Source of the DNA: Armatimonadota bacterium
Lineage (GTDB): Bacteria; Armatimonadota; UBA5829; DSUL01
NCBI GenBank assembly: GCA_039811685.1
Contig: JBDHZC010000004.1
Coordinates: 274,745 to 338,744 of the forward strand
Reading direction: 5' to 3'
Length of the DNA stretch: 64,000 bases
Part shown: positions 18,969-28,000 of the stretch, piece by piece
How positions within the stretch are numbered: position 1 is the first letter of the stretch
Layout: every line of letters begins with the position of its first letter
Position numbers and translations under genes: made by a program
Notes under the pieces: model-generated
Databases searched by the model: none
What the model saw: only the letters and a program-made list of their open reading frames with translations
Told to the model about the DNA's origin: nothing

Positions 18969-21308
18969 CTACGGTTCTACGGTAATGTCCGAGCTTCCGC
19001 GAGGTCTGATGATCGGAGCCACCTTGCCCTCGATCATCTTGAGACTGGACACGCCTGTAACCGTGACATACTCTCCGATGTTGGGAGATGTCATGGTCTG
19101 CGTCATCTCAACACGCAGACCTGTGAAGTTCAGGAAGTTGCCATCAAACAGATTTCCGCCATCATTCAGATAGATGTAGGGAATTCCGTCGTCTCCATAA
19201 AGGCTGGCTGTTACCTGTCCGGTTGAGCGCACAAGCAGTGCCACATTGTTCACGCCCTGTCCATTGGTTGCGCCGGGCGTATCGCCAAGCGAGGCCCCCG
19301 CGACTGTTTTGTTTGTCATCACCAGCGCATTGGGAATGGAACTCGCGCCTCCAGGAGTGATCGTACTGGCAATCAGCGCCCGCTCATTGTGCGCCCGTGC
19401 CAGAAGACCCGTCACTGTCACCTTCTGTCCGGTCTGCAGTCCCTGAGTGGAGCCACTTACTAGAATTCCGCTGATGTTACCGGGCAGCCCGTCCTGAATA
19501 TAGAACTGGCTCTGGTCATCAAACACCGCCGTGACTGTGGAGGTTATCTGGACACCCGTGCCGTCTGGAAGCTGCTTCAGAGCCGAGATGCTGGCCACGG
19601 GGTTGTAACTGATTCCGGTAACTGTGTACGAGCCATACTGCAGACCCGGGGCTTTTGAGCCACCGAAGTTCACAGGTGGGTCGCCCAGATTTGCGAAGTA
19701 GCCTCCCAGACCTGGGAGCGTCTGGTTGGAGAAGTAGCCGTGATTGCCTGTGATGACCACCATATACTTGATTACGGATGACCCCAGACCGATGTCAGTG
19801 AAGGGAATGGACATCTCCAGTCCTGTATCTGCTGTCTGCGCATCGGCCTCATTCTCCGCGGGAGTCTTGTTGTTGTCGTCTGTGACACCCAGTGCGTTCG
19901 TGTTGTTGAACGCTGCCAGCGCGCCGTGCGGGTTGTCTCCGTCCGTCAGGGTGCCATCACCGGAGTCTACCACGGACTTGCCCAGATAGCGGCTGACGTT
20001 TGACCGGAAGTCGTACAGGTTGACGTACGCCATCTTCTGCCCATTGTCGTCCCCGATATTCACCAGAATTGCGTGCGTGGGACTAAAGCCGACATCGAAA
20101 GACGTGCCGTTTAGCGCGTTCATGATGCCGGAGGGAGGCCCCGCGTCCGGTGGCGTGCTGATTCCGGAATCAGGAACTCCATCGGGCCCTGTCTCAAGAA
20201 AGACAATGTAGTAGTTACCGTTGCCTTCAAGATTGCCCGCAATCCCAATGTTCAGGTTCGCCGAGGTGTTGGACAAATACAGCGCGTCCAGCTCCGATCC
20301 GTTTGTCGGGGGTGTTCCGGTACCTGATCCATTGCCGAAGCCTGTATAGTTGTTCTGTGTTGCTACAAGGCTGCCGGTGGGCGAGTCAAGAGGGATGTTG
20401 TTCCCGTCCTGAGCGCCATTGGCGTTCTTGATCTGCGACAGGTCAACCGTTGCGTACTGGTTTCCGGGCGCCACAGAAGGAGAAGACAGGTCTTTGGGCG
20501 GGTTTCCCAGATTTCCAAGTTGACCGCTTCCGCCAATTCCTGGCAGAAACTGATTGGAGTAGTACCCGCCGCCACCAGTCAGCACGACCATGATCTTGGC
20601 TTGAGAGATGTACTGATCTATGCCCAGATCCGCAAAGCTAACCAACAGCTCCGCGCCTTTGAGCGCAGTAGCAGCGTCAGCTTGGACTTGCTCCGGCGTC
20701 TGGGTCGGCCCTGGCGGATCGCCTTGAACGCCTGCCGAGTTGGAGTTGTCAAAACCAAGAGAGCTTCCGTTTGGATTGTCGCTGCTCGCGCCACCCAGGA
20801 CTCCCCCTGTTCCCAATGAGACAAATCCTAGGTAGCGGGACGTGTTGGTCTGCAGATTCACCAGATCTACGTATACGTTGCTTCCGCCGCCAGTGTTCAT
20901 GACGATGGCGTAATCGGGCTCAAATCCTTCGTCGAACTTCGTACCCGCTTGTCCTGTAAGAGCTCCGGGCCCGGCGTTGGTGTCGAGGACATTCTCTCCG
21001 CCAGAGGTGACATCCAGAAAGATAACCCATGCGTTTCCGTTGGTCTCAATGTTACCTGTGATGTTGATCCCCAGCGCGGATTGGGTCTTGTATACGAAGA
21101 GCTGATCCAGCTCTGAACCGGGCACGAAGTTACCTGTCCCGGGCCGCGTATCCCCAAACCCGGTATGGTTGTTTTGCACCTGCATCAGCGCAGCGCACCC
21201 GTTCAACCCGCCGGAGCAGAAGTCGCTTCTAATGTTCGTGCCATCAACGGCTGCCCGCGCTGAAAATGGCGCGAGCAGCACAAGTGATATGGCGAGGAGA
21301 TTCTTCAT
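18969..21308 (-). CDS. Secreted non-catalytic protein: two tandem ~270-aa 'GSEL' domains plus the shared C-terminal domain
   Basis: Signal MKNLLAISLVLLAPFSARA; AGGAGG RBS; internal repeat QNN.TGFG..GSELD.L..GN.E.NGN..SNQ.LPG.GG. Confidence 0.8.
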   Translation of the reverse strand: MKNLLAISLVLLAPFSARAAVDGTNIRSDFCSGGLNGCAALMQVQNNHTGFGDTRPGTGNFVPGSELDQLFVYKTQSALGINITGNIETNGNAWVIFLDVTSGGENVLDTNAGPGALTGQAGTKFDEGFEPDYAIVMNTGGGSNVYVDLVNLQTNTSRYLGFVSLGTGGVLGGASSDNPNGSSLGFDNSNSAGVQGDPPGPTQTPEQVQADAATALKGAELLVSFADLGIDQYISQAKIMVVLTGGGGYYSNQFLPGIGGSGQLGNLGNPPKDLSSPSVAPGNQYATVDLSQIKNANGAQDGNNIPLDSPTGSLVATQNNYTGFGNGSGTGTPPTNGSELDALYLSNTSANLNIGIAGNLEGNGNYYIVFLETGPDGVPDSGISTPPDAGPPSGIMNALNGTSFDVGFSPTHAILVNIGDDNGQKMAYVNLYDFRSNVSRYLGKSVVDSGDGTLTDGDNPHGALAAFNNTNALGVTDDNNKTPAENEADAQTADTGLEMSIPFTDIGLGSSVIKYMVVITGNHGYFSNQTLPGLGGYFANLGDPPVNFGGSKAPGLQYGSYTVTGISYNPVASISALKQLPDGTGVQITSTVTAVFDDQSQFYIQDGLPGNISGILVSGSTQGLQTGQKVTVTGLLARAHNERALIASTITPGGASSIPNALVMTNKTVAGASLGDTPGATNGQGVNNVALLVRSTGQVTASLYGDDGIPYIYLNDGGNLFDGNFLNFTGLRVEMTQTMTSPNIGEYVTVTGVSSLKMIEGKVAPIIRPRGSSDITVEP

Positions 21309-21334
21309 TGCCGATCCTCCTTGCGGCCGCCACC

Positions 21335-22021
21335 TTAACGTCTACGGCGAATCAGCCCCCCAAAGCCTGCCAAGCCAGCGCCAAGCGCCAGCAGGCTTCC
21401 CGGCTCCGGAACTACGGACACTCGTATCGTCCCCTTCAGGGCGTCAACCTCGAACTGCGCCACCGGATTGGATGCCGTCGTCGTGAACTGCAGATTGTCA
21501 GCGTTAACTGAGCGATAGTCAGCGCCTATCGCGTCCCAGCTTCCTGTATTGACCGCTTTGTAGAGATAGACCCCCGGTGCGAGGGTCGTGCTGTAGGAGT
21601 AGATTCCGCCGCCTTGCGCTGTCATTGCGGTGCCAGCATTGTTGTTACTCCAACCCTGCCAGTCGCCAACGGCAGTCCATGCGCCCGGATCCACATTCAC
21701 GCCAATACGGTTGACGGTGTTGACCCAGCCATCCCCGTAGGTGTTGGTGTCGAAAGTGACGGTTACGTCGCCGTTCGCGTCCGTGTACAGCCAGCTGTTG
21801 CCGCTGTTCGGGACATCCGTACCCCATGACCCTTGTGTCACCTTAAACTCATGCCGCCCGGCGCCGATGGCTGTCAGGTTAGCCTGGTAAACTCCGCCGC
21901 CCATGTCAGTCATCAGCGTGCCAGATGCGTTCCAGCCGTTGAAATCACCGGCAAGATAATAATCAGCGCCAGCCGGCACAGCAAGAGCTACAACCGCAAG
22001 CGCCGCGATAAGTGTTTTCAT
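21335..22021 (-). CDS. PEP-CTERM protein with two pullulanase X25/CBM48-like modules
   Basis: Signal peptide; AGDFNGW..MT..GGGVY..FKV and VGDWQGW..MT..GGGIY..YKA; VPEPGSLLALGAGLAGFGGLIRRRR. Confidence 0.85.
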   Translation of the reverse strand: MKTLIAALAVVALAVPAGADYYLAGDFNGWNASGTLMTDMGGGVYQANLTAIGAGRHEFKVTQGSWGTDVPNSGNSWLYTDANGDVTVTFDTNTYGDGWVNTVNRIGVNVDPGAWTAVGDWQGWSNNNAGTAMTAQGGGIYSYSTTLAPGVYLYKAVNTGSWDAIGADYRSVNADNLQFTTTASNPVAQFEVDALKGTIRVSVVPEPGSLLALGAGLAGFGGLIRRRR

Positions 22022-22211
22022 CTGTCATTCTCCTTTGTTTTGACGTTCTTTGTCAGATCGAGAAGCAGCCGGTTCGCTTGTACTGCGACCGCCACTATCC
22101 GATCCCTTTGTCTTCGTTGCGCAATTCACGAAGAATTGCGGACTATCAGCGCTTCACCCTTCTCTACAGGGCAGCAGCTTAGTTGTGAATCAGTATATAG
22201 ATTTGCATTTC

Positions 22212-22240
22212 ATTGTCAGGCATACAGTGTCTCTTGTCAA
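22212..22240 (-). promoter_or_regulatory. Candidate sigma70 promoter for the PEP-CTERM gene
   Basis: Minus strand TTGACA-17 nt-GACAAT. Confidence 0.5.
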
Positions 22241-22284
22241 CTGAAAGTTTGCAAAATCGGTAACGCAACTACAGCAATCTATCT

Positions 22285-25200
22285 TTAGTCGATTACGGCG
22301 ACGTCTGACGGAACGCGGGTGAGAATTCGCGGCCTGCTCTCACTCTTGATCTGCTCAACACTGCTGACCCCGCTTATCCTGACCACGCGGCCGACAGGCG
22401 GGATCACGAAGCTGCTATAGACCCGAATACCCCGAGTCGGGACGCCGCCCACTACAGAACCGTCACTCAGATGACTTCCGTCATCCACGTAGAAGAATGC
22501 GCCGGCAATGCTGTCTGTGCCCGTCGCTGTCACCCGTCCCCATGTCGAGACGTTCAAGCCCACATTCACGGGGCCGAGGCCGTCTATAACCCCCAGCGCT
22601 CCGCCTCCCGAAATCCCACCGAGGCTTGAGTTACCCATCTTCACCGGAATCGGAACCGCAGCCGCGCCTCCAAGAGCCTGCGTCGTCGCGTACAGGACAC
22701 GCTCGCCGTCCAGAGTGCTCAGAAAGCCACTGACGTTGACCTTCTGACCAATTTCCGCCAGCGTTCCCTGCCTGACCACGCGTATCCCCGCATACTCCTC
22801 CGGATCCTGAACGTAGTAACATCCAAGCGCTGAAAACGCACCGATCCCCGTCTGGTTCGTGAGCGTGACGGGGGCGCCATCGCTCAGAAGACGCGCCTGC
22901 GAAAGCGATGAAAACGTCTGATAGCTGATTCCGCTCAGAATGACGGAGACGTACTGGTTTCCCGCCACACGATTGAAGTCAATCGGCGCCATCCCCAGAT
23001 TGACATATCCGCCGACAACCTGGCTCGAACTGATCCCCATCGAAGGAAGCGACTGGTTGGAGAAATATCCGCTCCCGCCAGTGATGCACGCCATCACCTT
23101 CACCGTTCCGCTCATCAGCTTCAGCGTGCTGAACGGCAGCTTCATCTCAATGCCCGTGGAGGCGGTATTCGCATCCTGCACGGTCGTCCCGGTTACACCG
23201 GCGGCGTTTCCGTTGTCAAAGGCCACGAGCTCGCCGTTCGGATGGTCGCCGCCTGTAAGCGCGCCGCTTCCGCTGTTGAAGACCCCGGAACCTAACGATG
23301 TCTGCGTGTTAGAACTCAGATCCACAAGGTCCACCGCAAACGCGCTGCCAGAAGTCGCTCTCACCGCAATCACCCATCGCGGAGCGAATCCCTCATCCAT
23401 CTGCGTGCCCTGAATACCGCTGATCACCGGAGGCCCGGTGGTCGCGGATATAGGGTCCGGCGTCCCGCCTCCCGTATCCAGAAAGACCAGAAGCGCATTT
23501 CCGTTCGTCTCAAGGTTGCCCGTCGCTCCGAGGTATAGATTTGTCCCGTCATTGGTCACAAAGAGCTGATTCAGCTCCGAGCCGTTACCCGAGCCGTTGG
23601 AATCTCCAAACTGAGTCGGATTGATCTGGGTCGCCCGCAGCTTTCCGGCAAAGTCCGCGGGAATGTTTTCGCCGTCAATGACGATCTGGCCGCTCGGCGG
23701 AGGCCCGGACATGTTCGGAGGCGCCATCGAGCAACGTCCATCGCTGATAGGTCCCGTGGAGAGCGGATTCGGAAGATACGAGAAAATCACCGTAGAGCGC
23801 GCGGGAACCGTGACGCTGGCCGTCCCGTTGCTGACATTGATCGCACTGGTCAGGCCGAGAACATCGGCGTAGCTTCCATTCGGAAACGGAATAGCGGATA
23901 CGTTGACGGTCCGGCTCTGCCATCCGTTGTTCACACCCACGAGCACGGCTGAGCCCGCCGCCTGTCTTGAGAAAATGAACAGCCCGGAGTCTATCCAGCG
24001 CTCAACAATATCCCCGTACTGCACCGCAGGGCTTACACGCCGCAAATCTGACGCCTTTTTCAGCACCTGCCCCGCCAGCGTGCTCGTGTCAAACGAGGTC
24101 ATCATCGGGCGGTTGTACGGATCACCGCCGGCCACCCCGTTGATGTTCACAGTATCGTTGTAGAGGTACTGCTCTGTGCCGTAGAACACCATCGGAATGC
24201 CGGGGACCATCTCGAGCAGCCCAAGCGCCATAGCGATGCGCTGATGAACTTCGCTGGCGTTGTTGTACTTCTGCATCAGCGGGACGATCAGCCGCTGCGT
24301 ATCCTGTGAGTCGAAGAAGTTCACCTGCCAGTGGACGTTTTGCCCGCCGCTTCCGTCGGTTCCGTAAGCTCCCTGGCGCGCGTTCAGCGTGTCCCGCAGG
24401 TCGTACATAGACTTCCACTCACCAGTAACGCCGCGAAGCTGCTCCTCAAGCTGAAAGTCAAATTGAGCCGTTCCCGCCGTGGATGTCCACCACAGGGACT
24501 CGCTGTTCCACGCGCCACCGCTGTACCACTCGCCGACGGCATAAGTTCCGGGCTTGCCAAGCCATCCGGCCACCTGGTTCACCGCGTCCATCCACTCCCG
24601 TCCGCGCGAAGGCTCGAAGTGCTTGGCGGCATCCAGCCGGAAGCAGTCCACGCCGTGGTACTGCCACAGCGCCGCACCCTGCTTCAGATAGTCCATCACG
24701 TTCGGGTTGTCCTGATTCAGATCCGCCAGTCCGAAGATGTCCTTGTTGACCTGATCCCAGTAGGTGAAATTGTTCCAGTCAATGGGGCCGTTGTGGTGAA
24801 ACCAGGCGTCCGTGTCCTGCGTGTAGCGCGCGACAACCACTCCGTCTTTTTTCAGCAGACACTGACTTCCGTTCGGGCTTCCCGCGCTTGTGGATGGTCC
24901 GGAGTTCAGACTGATATCCAGCATCATCTTCACGCCGCGCGCGTGCATATCGCACGTCAGGCCGTCCACGGTGGACCAGGAGCCGTGATGTGGATCCACC
25001 CGGAACAAATCCTGCATCTGATAGCCGTGATACGTTCCGATCACCGGGGCGTTCTGGTACACCGGCGTCACCCAGACGGTTGTCGCGCCGACAGCCTGAA
25101 GGTAATCCAGCTTCTGCTTCACACCCGCCAGATCTCCGCCCCAGAACTTCTGCCAATCTGTCCTGGTGTTGTCGTACAGCCCTGGCACGACTGCTGTATT

Positions 25201-25359
25201 GTTCGTGGGATCACCATCGGCGAAGCGGTCCGGCACTATCAGATAAATGGTGTCGCCGCGCATCTCTAACCCACTTGCGCGTGCGCATACTGTTAGCTGT
25301 AGAGCCAACAGCGAGAAAAGCAGCACCGTTGTTCGTATAAGCAGGTTCTGAGCTCGCAT
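22285..25359 (-). CDS. Secreted GH13 alpha-amylase/CGTase-like enzyme with one GSEL domain and the shared C-terminal domain
   Basis: IYLIVPDRFADGDPTNN, WGGDL.G, YHGY, FRLDAAKH, GEWY, FFDSQD, PGIP..FYGTEQ; perfect extended -10 TGgTATAAT at 25489-25497 (-). Confidence 0.9.
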   Translation of the reverse strand: MRAQNLLIRTTVLLFSLLALQLTVCARASGLEMRGDTIYLIVPDRFADGDPTNNTAVVPGLYDNTRTDWQKFWGGDLAGVKQKLDYLQAVGATTVWVTPVYQNAPVIGTYHGYQMQDLFRVDPHHGSWSTVDGLTCDMHARGVKMMLDISLNSGPSTSAGSPNGSQCLLKKDGVVVARYTQDTDAWFHHNGPIDWNNFTYWDQVNKDIFGLADLNQDNPNVMDYLKQGAALWQYHGVDCFRLDAAKHFEPSRGREWMDAVNQVAGWLGKPGTYAVGEWYSGGAWNSESLWWTSTAGTAQFDFQLEEQLRGVTGEWKSMYDLRDTLNARQGAYGTDGSGGQNVHWQVNFFDSQDTQRLIVPLMQKYNNASEVHQRIAMALGLLEMVPGIPMVFYGTEQYLYNDTVNINGVAGGDPYNRPMMTSFDTSTLAGQVLKKASDLRRVSPAVQYGDIVERWIDSGLFIFSRQAAGSAVLVGVNNGWQSRTVNVSAIPFPNGSYADVLGLTSAINVSNGTASVTVPARSTVIFSYLPNPLSTGPISDGRCSMAPPNMSGPPPSGQIVIDGENIPADFAGKLRATQINPTQFGDSNGSGNGSELNQLFVTNDGTNLYLGATGNLETNGNALLVFLDTGGGTPDPISATTGPPVISGIQGTQMDEGFAPRWVIAVRATSGSAFAVDLVDLSSNTQTSLGSGVFNSGSGALTGGDHPNGELVAFDNGNAAGVTGTTVQDANTASTGIEMKLPFSTLKLMSGTVKVMACITGGSGYFSNQSLPSMGISSSQVVGGYVNLGMAPIDFNRVAGNQYVSVILSGISYQTFSSLSQARLLSDGAPVTLTNQTGIGAFSALGCYYVQDPEEYAGIRVVRQGTLAEIGQKVNVSGFLSTLDGERVLYATTQALGGAAAVPIPVKMGNSSLGGISGGGALGVIDGLGPVNVGLNVSTWGRVTATGTDSIAGAFFYVDDGSHLSDGSVVGGVPTRGIRVYSSFVIPPVGRVVRISGVSSVEQIKSESRPRILTRVPSDVAVID

Positions 25360-26059
25360 GGACGGATGATTGATCCTGCCTGAAATGCCGAGTTATTGGC
25401 CTAGCTCAAGTGACCGGCGCGCGTTCGAGCCTGGCCTGGCTTCGCAAATGGACTTTGAAGCCATTGTGAGTCACCGGATGCCGCTCCAATTATACCACTG
25501 AGTCAAGCTCTCCGATGTCCGTAGAGGAGCCGAAGCCCGCGCGGGGCGCCCTGGTAAACTTGCGAGCGTGAGTAGCCGATACTGGGATGGCTGGCATTAA
25601 GTGTTCATACTTGTGCCGGCAAGATCATCTGGCCTGCTCCTGCGCGGTGTCGGCCTCAGCGCCTAACCCGGGAACCAGCCGGTAGCAACTGTTGTCAAAG
25701 ACAATAGAGGAAACAGCTCGCAGGGGGTAAGCGGAAGTCAACTGGAGTGGCTATCCGAACGACAGATCACGGATACTCACGAAGTTGGCGATCGGTGAGC
25801 CGCAAGATGGGCTGTAGAGTGTGCAGAGCGCACATAACGACAGGAGCAGTACTTTTGTAATAGGCTGGGGGGGTGCAGTGGCACTGTTGACAAAAGGTGT
25901 CTATTGTGGTTCCTTATTATGGGGCCTTTGTGTGGGTTTTGAAGGCTTCTCAGGAGTCTATAAAGGCGTCTGGATGACAGAGGCGCCCCTGGCTGACGGA
26001 CTCTTCCAGACGTCAGATTCACAGACCCTTTCTGTCAAATGTTCAGGGGGTAACCAAAC

Positions 26060-26830
26060 ATGACTATGCCTGTTTTCAGGCTTCGTGAGGCTCCGGCACG
26101 TACACCGGGCGCAACTCCTCTCAAGCGATCTGGCTTTACGCTTATCGAGCTTCTGGTGGTAATTGCTATCATCGCTATTCTGGCTGCGATTCTGTTTCCT
26201 GTCTTTGCACAGGCACGCGCGCGCGCGCAGGCGACAAACTGCCTGAACAATCTGAAGCAGCTTGCCTTGGCCTTTACTCAGTATTCTAACGACAACAAGG
26301 GGTGGTTTCCCCGTTCGCAGTCGTGGAACGGCGGCTACGGAAGTGTGAACTATACGGACTGGGCAGGCTGTCCCGGCACCGGTCTTCCGTTCAACGCTAA
26401 CGATCTGCGTAAGTACAGCGCGATCTATCCTTATGTAAAGACGGCCGACATCTTCCATTGTCCGACAGACAAGAACAAGCGCGCGGACATGGTCAACGGC
26501 TCTCCACGCGACTATCCGCTGAGCTACTCGGCAAACTCTCTGATGACAGACGGTAGCGCGAAGGTGGATTCGATGAACAACAACTCTTCACAGGTGATGT
26601 TGCTCATTCACGAAAACCGCTCCAGACTCGAGAGTGTGTCTGGAAGCATTGCCATCAACGACGGGCGTTTCCTTGGCGTGGGAATGGGTGGCGCTGACGA
26701 GCCGGCACAGCTCCACTATGAAGGCACACAAGTGGTCTATAGCGATGGCCACGCCGCCTATGGCAAGAGAGACAAACTGCTGCAAGACATGAAAGCTGGG
26801 AAGTGGAATCCAGGTAATGCTCCACTCTGA
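26060..26830 (+). CDS. Prepilin-type N-terminal cleavage/methylation protein, DUF1559/H-X9-DG family
   Basis: [54 protein letters not shown]. Confidence 0.92.
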   Translation: MTMPVFRLREAPARTPGATPLKRSGFTLIELLVVIAIIAILAAILFPVFAQARARAQATNCLNNLKQLALAFTQYSNDNKGWFPRSQSWNGGYGSVNYTDWAGCPGTGLPFNANDLRKYSAIYPYVKTADIFHCPTDKNKRADMVNGSPRDYPLSYSANSLMTDGSAKVDSMNNNSSQVMLLIHENRSRLESVSGSIAINDGRFLGVGMGGADEPAQLHYEGTQVVYSDGHAAYGKRDKLLQDMKAGKWNPGNAPL

Positions 26831-26852
26831 ATCAATCTGAAAGCTTAGCTCG

Positions 26853-26888
26853 AAGCGCCTCCGAATCGTCTGGTTCGGAGGCGTTTTT
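26853..26888 (+). terminator. Rho-independent terminator
   Basis: GCGCCTCCGAA..TTCGGAGGCG followed by T5. Confidence 0.75.
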
Positions 26889-26956
26889 GCGCGTATCGCG
26901 CAGGAATCTGAGGGCGTTTGCACTAACCGTACAAAAACAAGCAAGGGCGAAAAACG

Positions 26957-27748
26957 TTGAAACTAGTTCGGTACAGGTTGGGGGAATCGGTTTACTGCGG
27001 GATACAGCGCGGTGAAACGATCGCCCGAATCAAGGGCAGCTTTTTTGAGGGGATAAATGAGACGGGAGAGCAGGACTGGCTGGATGAGGTGAGCCTGCTT
27101 GCGCCTGTCGAGCCTCCCAACATCATTTGCATCGGGCTCAACTACCGCAAGCACGCGGATGAGACTAACGCCAAGTACCCGTCCGCGCCCGTAATCTTCA
27201 TAAAATCCACCAACACACTCCGGGGGCCCGATGACGACATTGTTCTTCCCTCCATCGCTCCAGGCGCCGTGGACTACGAGGCGGAGCTTGTTATTGTCAT
27301 CGGCAGGCAGATGAAGAACGTTGCCGAAGAGAGCGCATTCGATTATGTCCTGGGCTACACGTGCGCCAACGAAGTCAGCCAGCGCGACGTTCAGCTCAAG
27401 CAGGATGTCCAGTGGGCGCGTGGCAAGTCTTTCGACAGCTTTTTCCCGGTAGGGCCGTGTATTGAGACAGAGATGGACCCGGACAACGCTGACATCAGCC
27501 TTCGACTGAACGGGGGGACTATGCAGAGCTCTAACACGTCCGACATGATTTTCTCCTGCCGCCAGTTGCTTTCTTATATATCGCGCAACATGACTCTGTA
27601 CCCGGGCACGCTCATCAGTACGGGTACGCCGGAAGGCGTCGGAATGGCGCGCTCGCCACAGAGATTTCTCAAACCTGGAGATGTCTGCGAAGTGGAGATA
27701 GAGGGCATCGGCGTTCTCAGGAACCCGGTGGCGCCCGAGGTGGTGTGA
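26957..27748 (+). CDS. Fumarylacetoacetate hydrolase family protein
   Basis: ICIGLNYRKHA, DYEAELVIVIG, GYTCANEVS, GKSFD, TGTPEGVG. Confidence 0.93.
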   Translation: MKLVRYRLGESVYCGIQRGETIARIKGSFFEGINETGEQDWLDEVSLLAPVEPPNIICIGLNYRKHADETNAKYPSAPVIFIKSTNTLRGPDDDIVLPSIAPGAVDYEAELVIVIGRQMKNVAEESAFDYVLGYTCANEVSQRDVQLKQDVQWARGKSFDSFFPVGPCIETEMDPDNADISLRLNGGTMQSSNTSDMIFSCRQLLSYISRNMTLYPGTLISTGTPEGVGMARSPQRFLKPGDVCEVEIEGIGVLRNPVAPEVV

Positions 27749-28000
27749 GCAGCGCGGGTCGGTTAGTCCATGTTGCCGATTTGTGCCTGCAAGCCAAGGG
27801 TCGCGCGCAGTGATATACTTAGTCCAGATTTCGCGCGGTCTCGCCAGTCTCCTCACGATCTCAGAAGTTGCTGGCTGTCGCGGCTAGCGCGTGAAGAAGC
27901 CGGTCCATTCTGGCGTGTCCCGCAGAGTCGCGTGCGACTGTCGTTACAAAGACGCTGCGGACAGTTGCAGAATGTTCGCGTTTTGGAAAGGATCTTCGTC

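Noticed and set aside
22201..22256. LacI-like operator (TGAAAGTTTGCA) beside the PEP-CTERM promoter
   Set aside because: Lacks the central CG, imperfect symmetry, and no regulator in the window.
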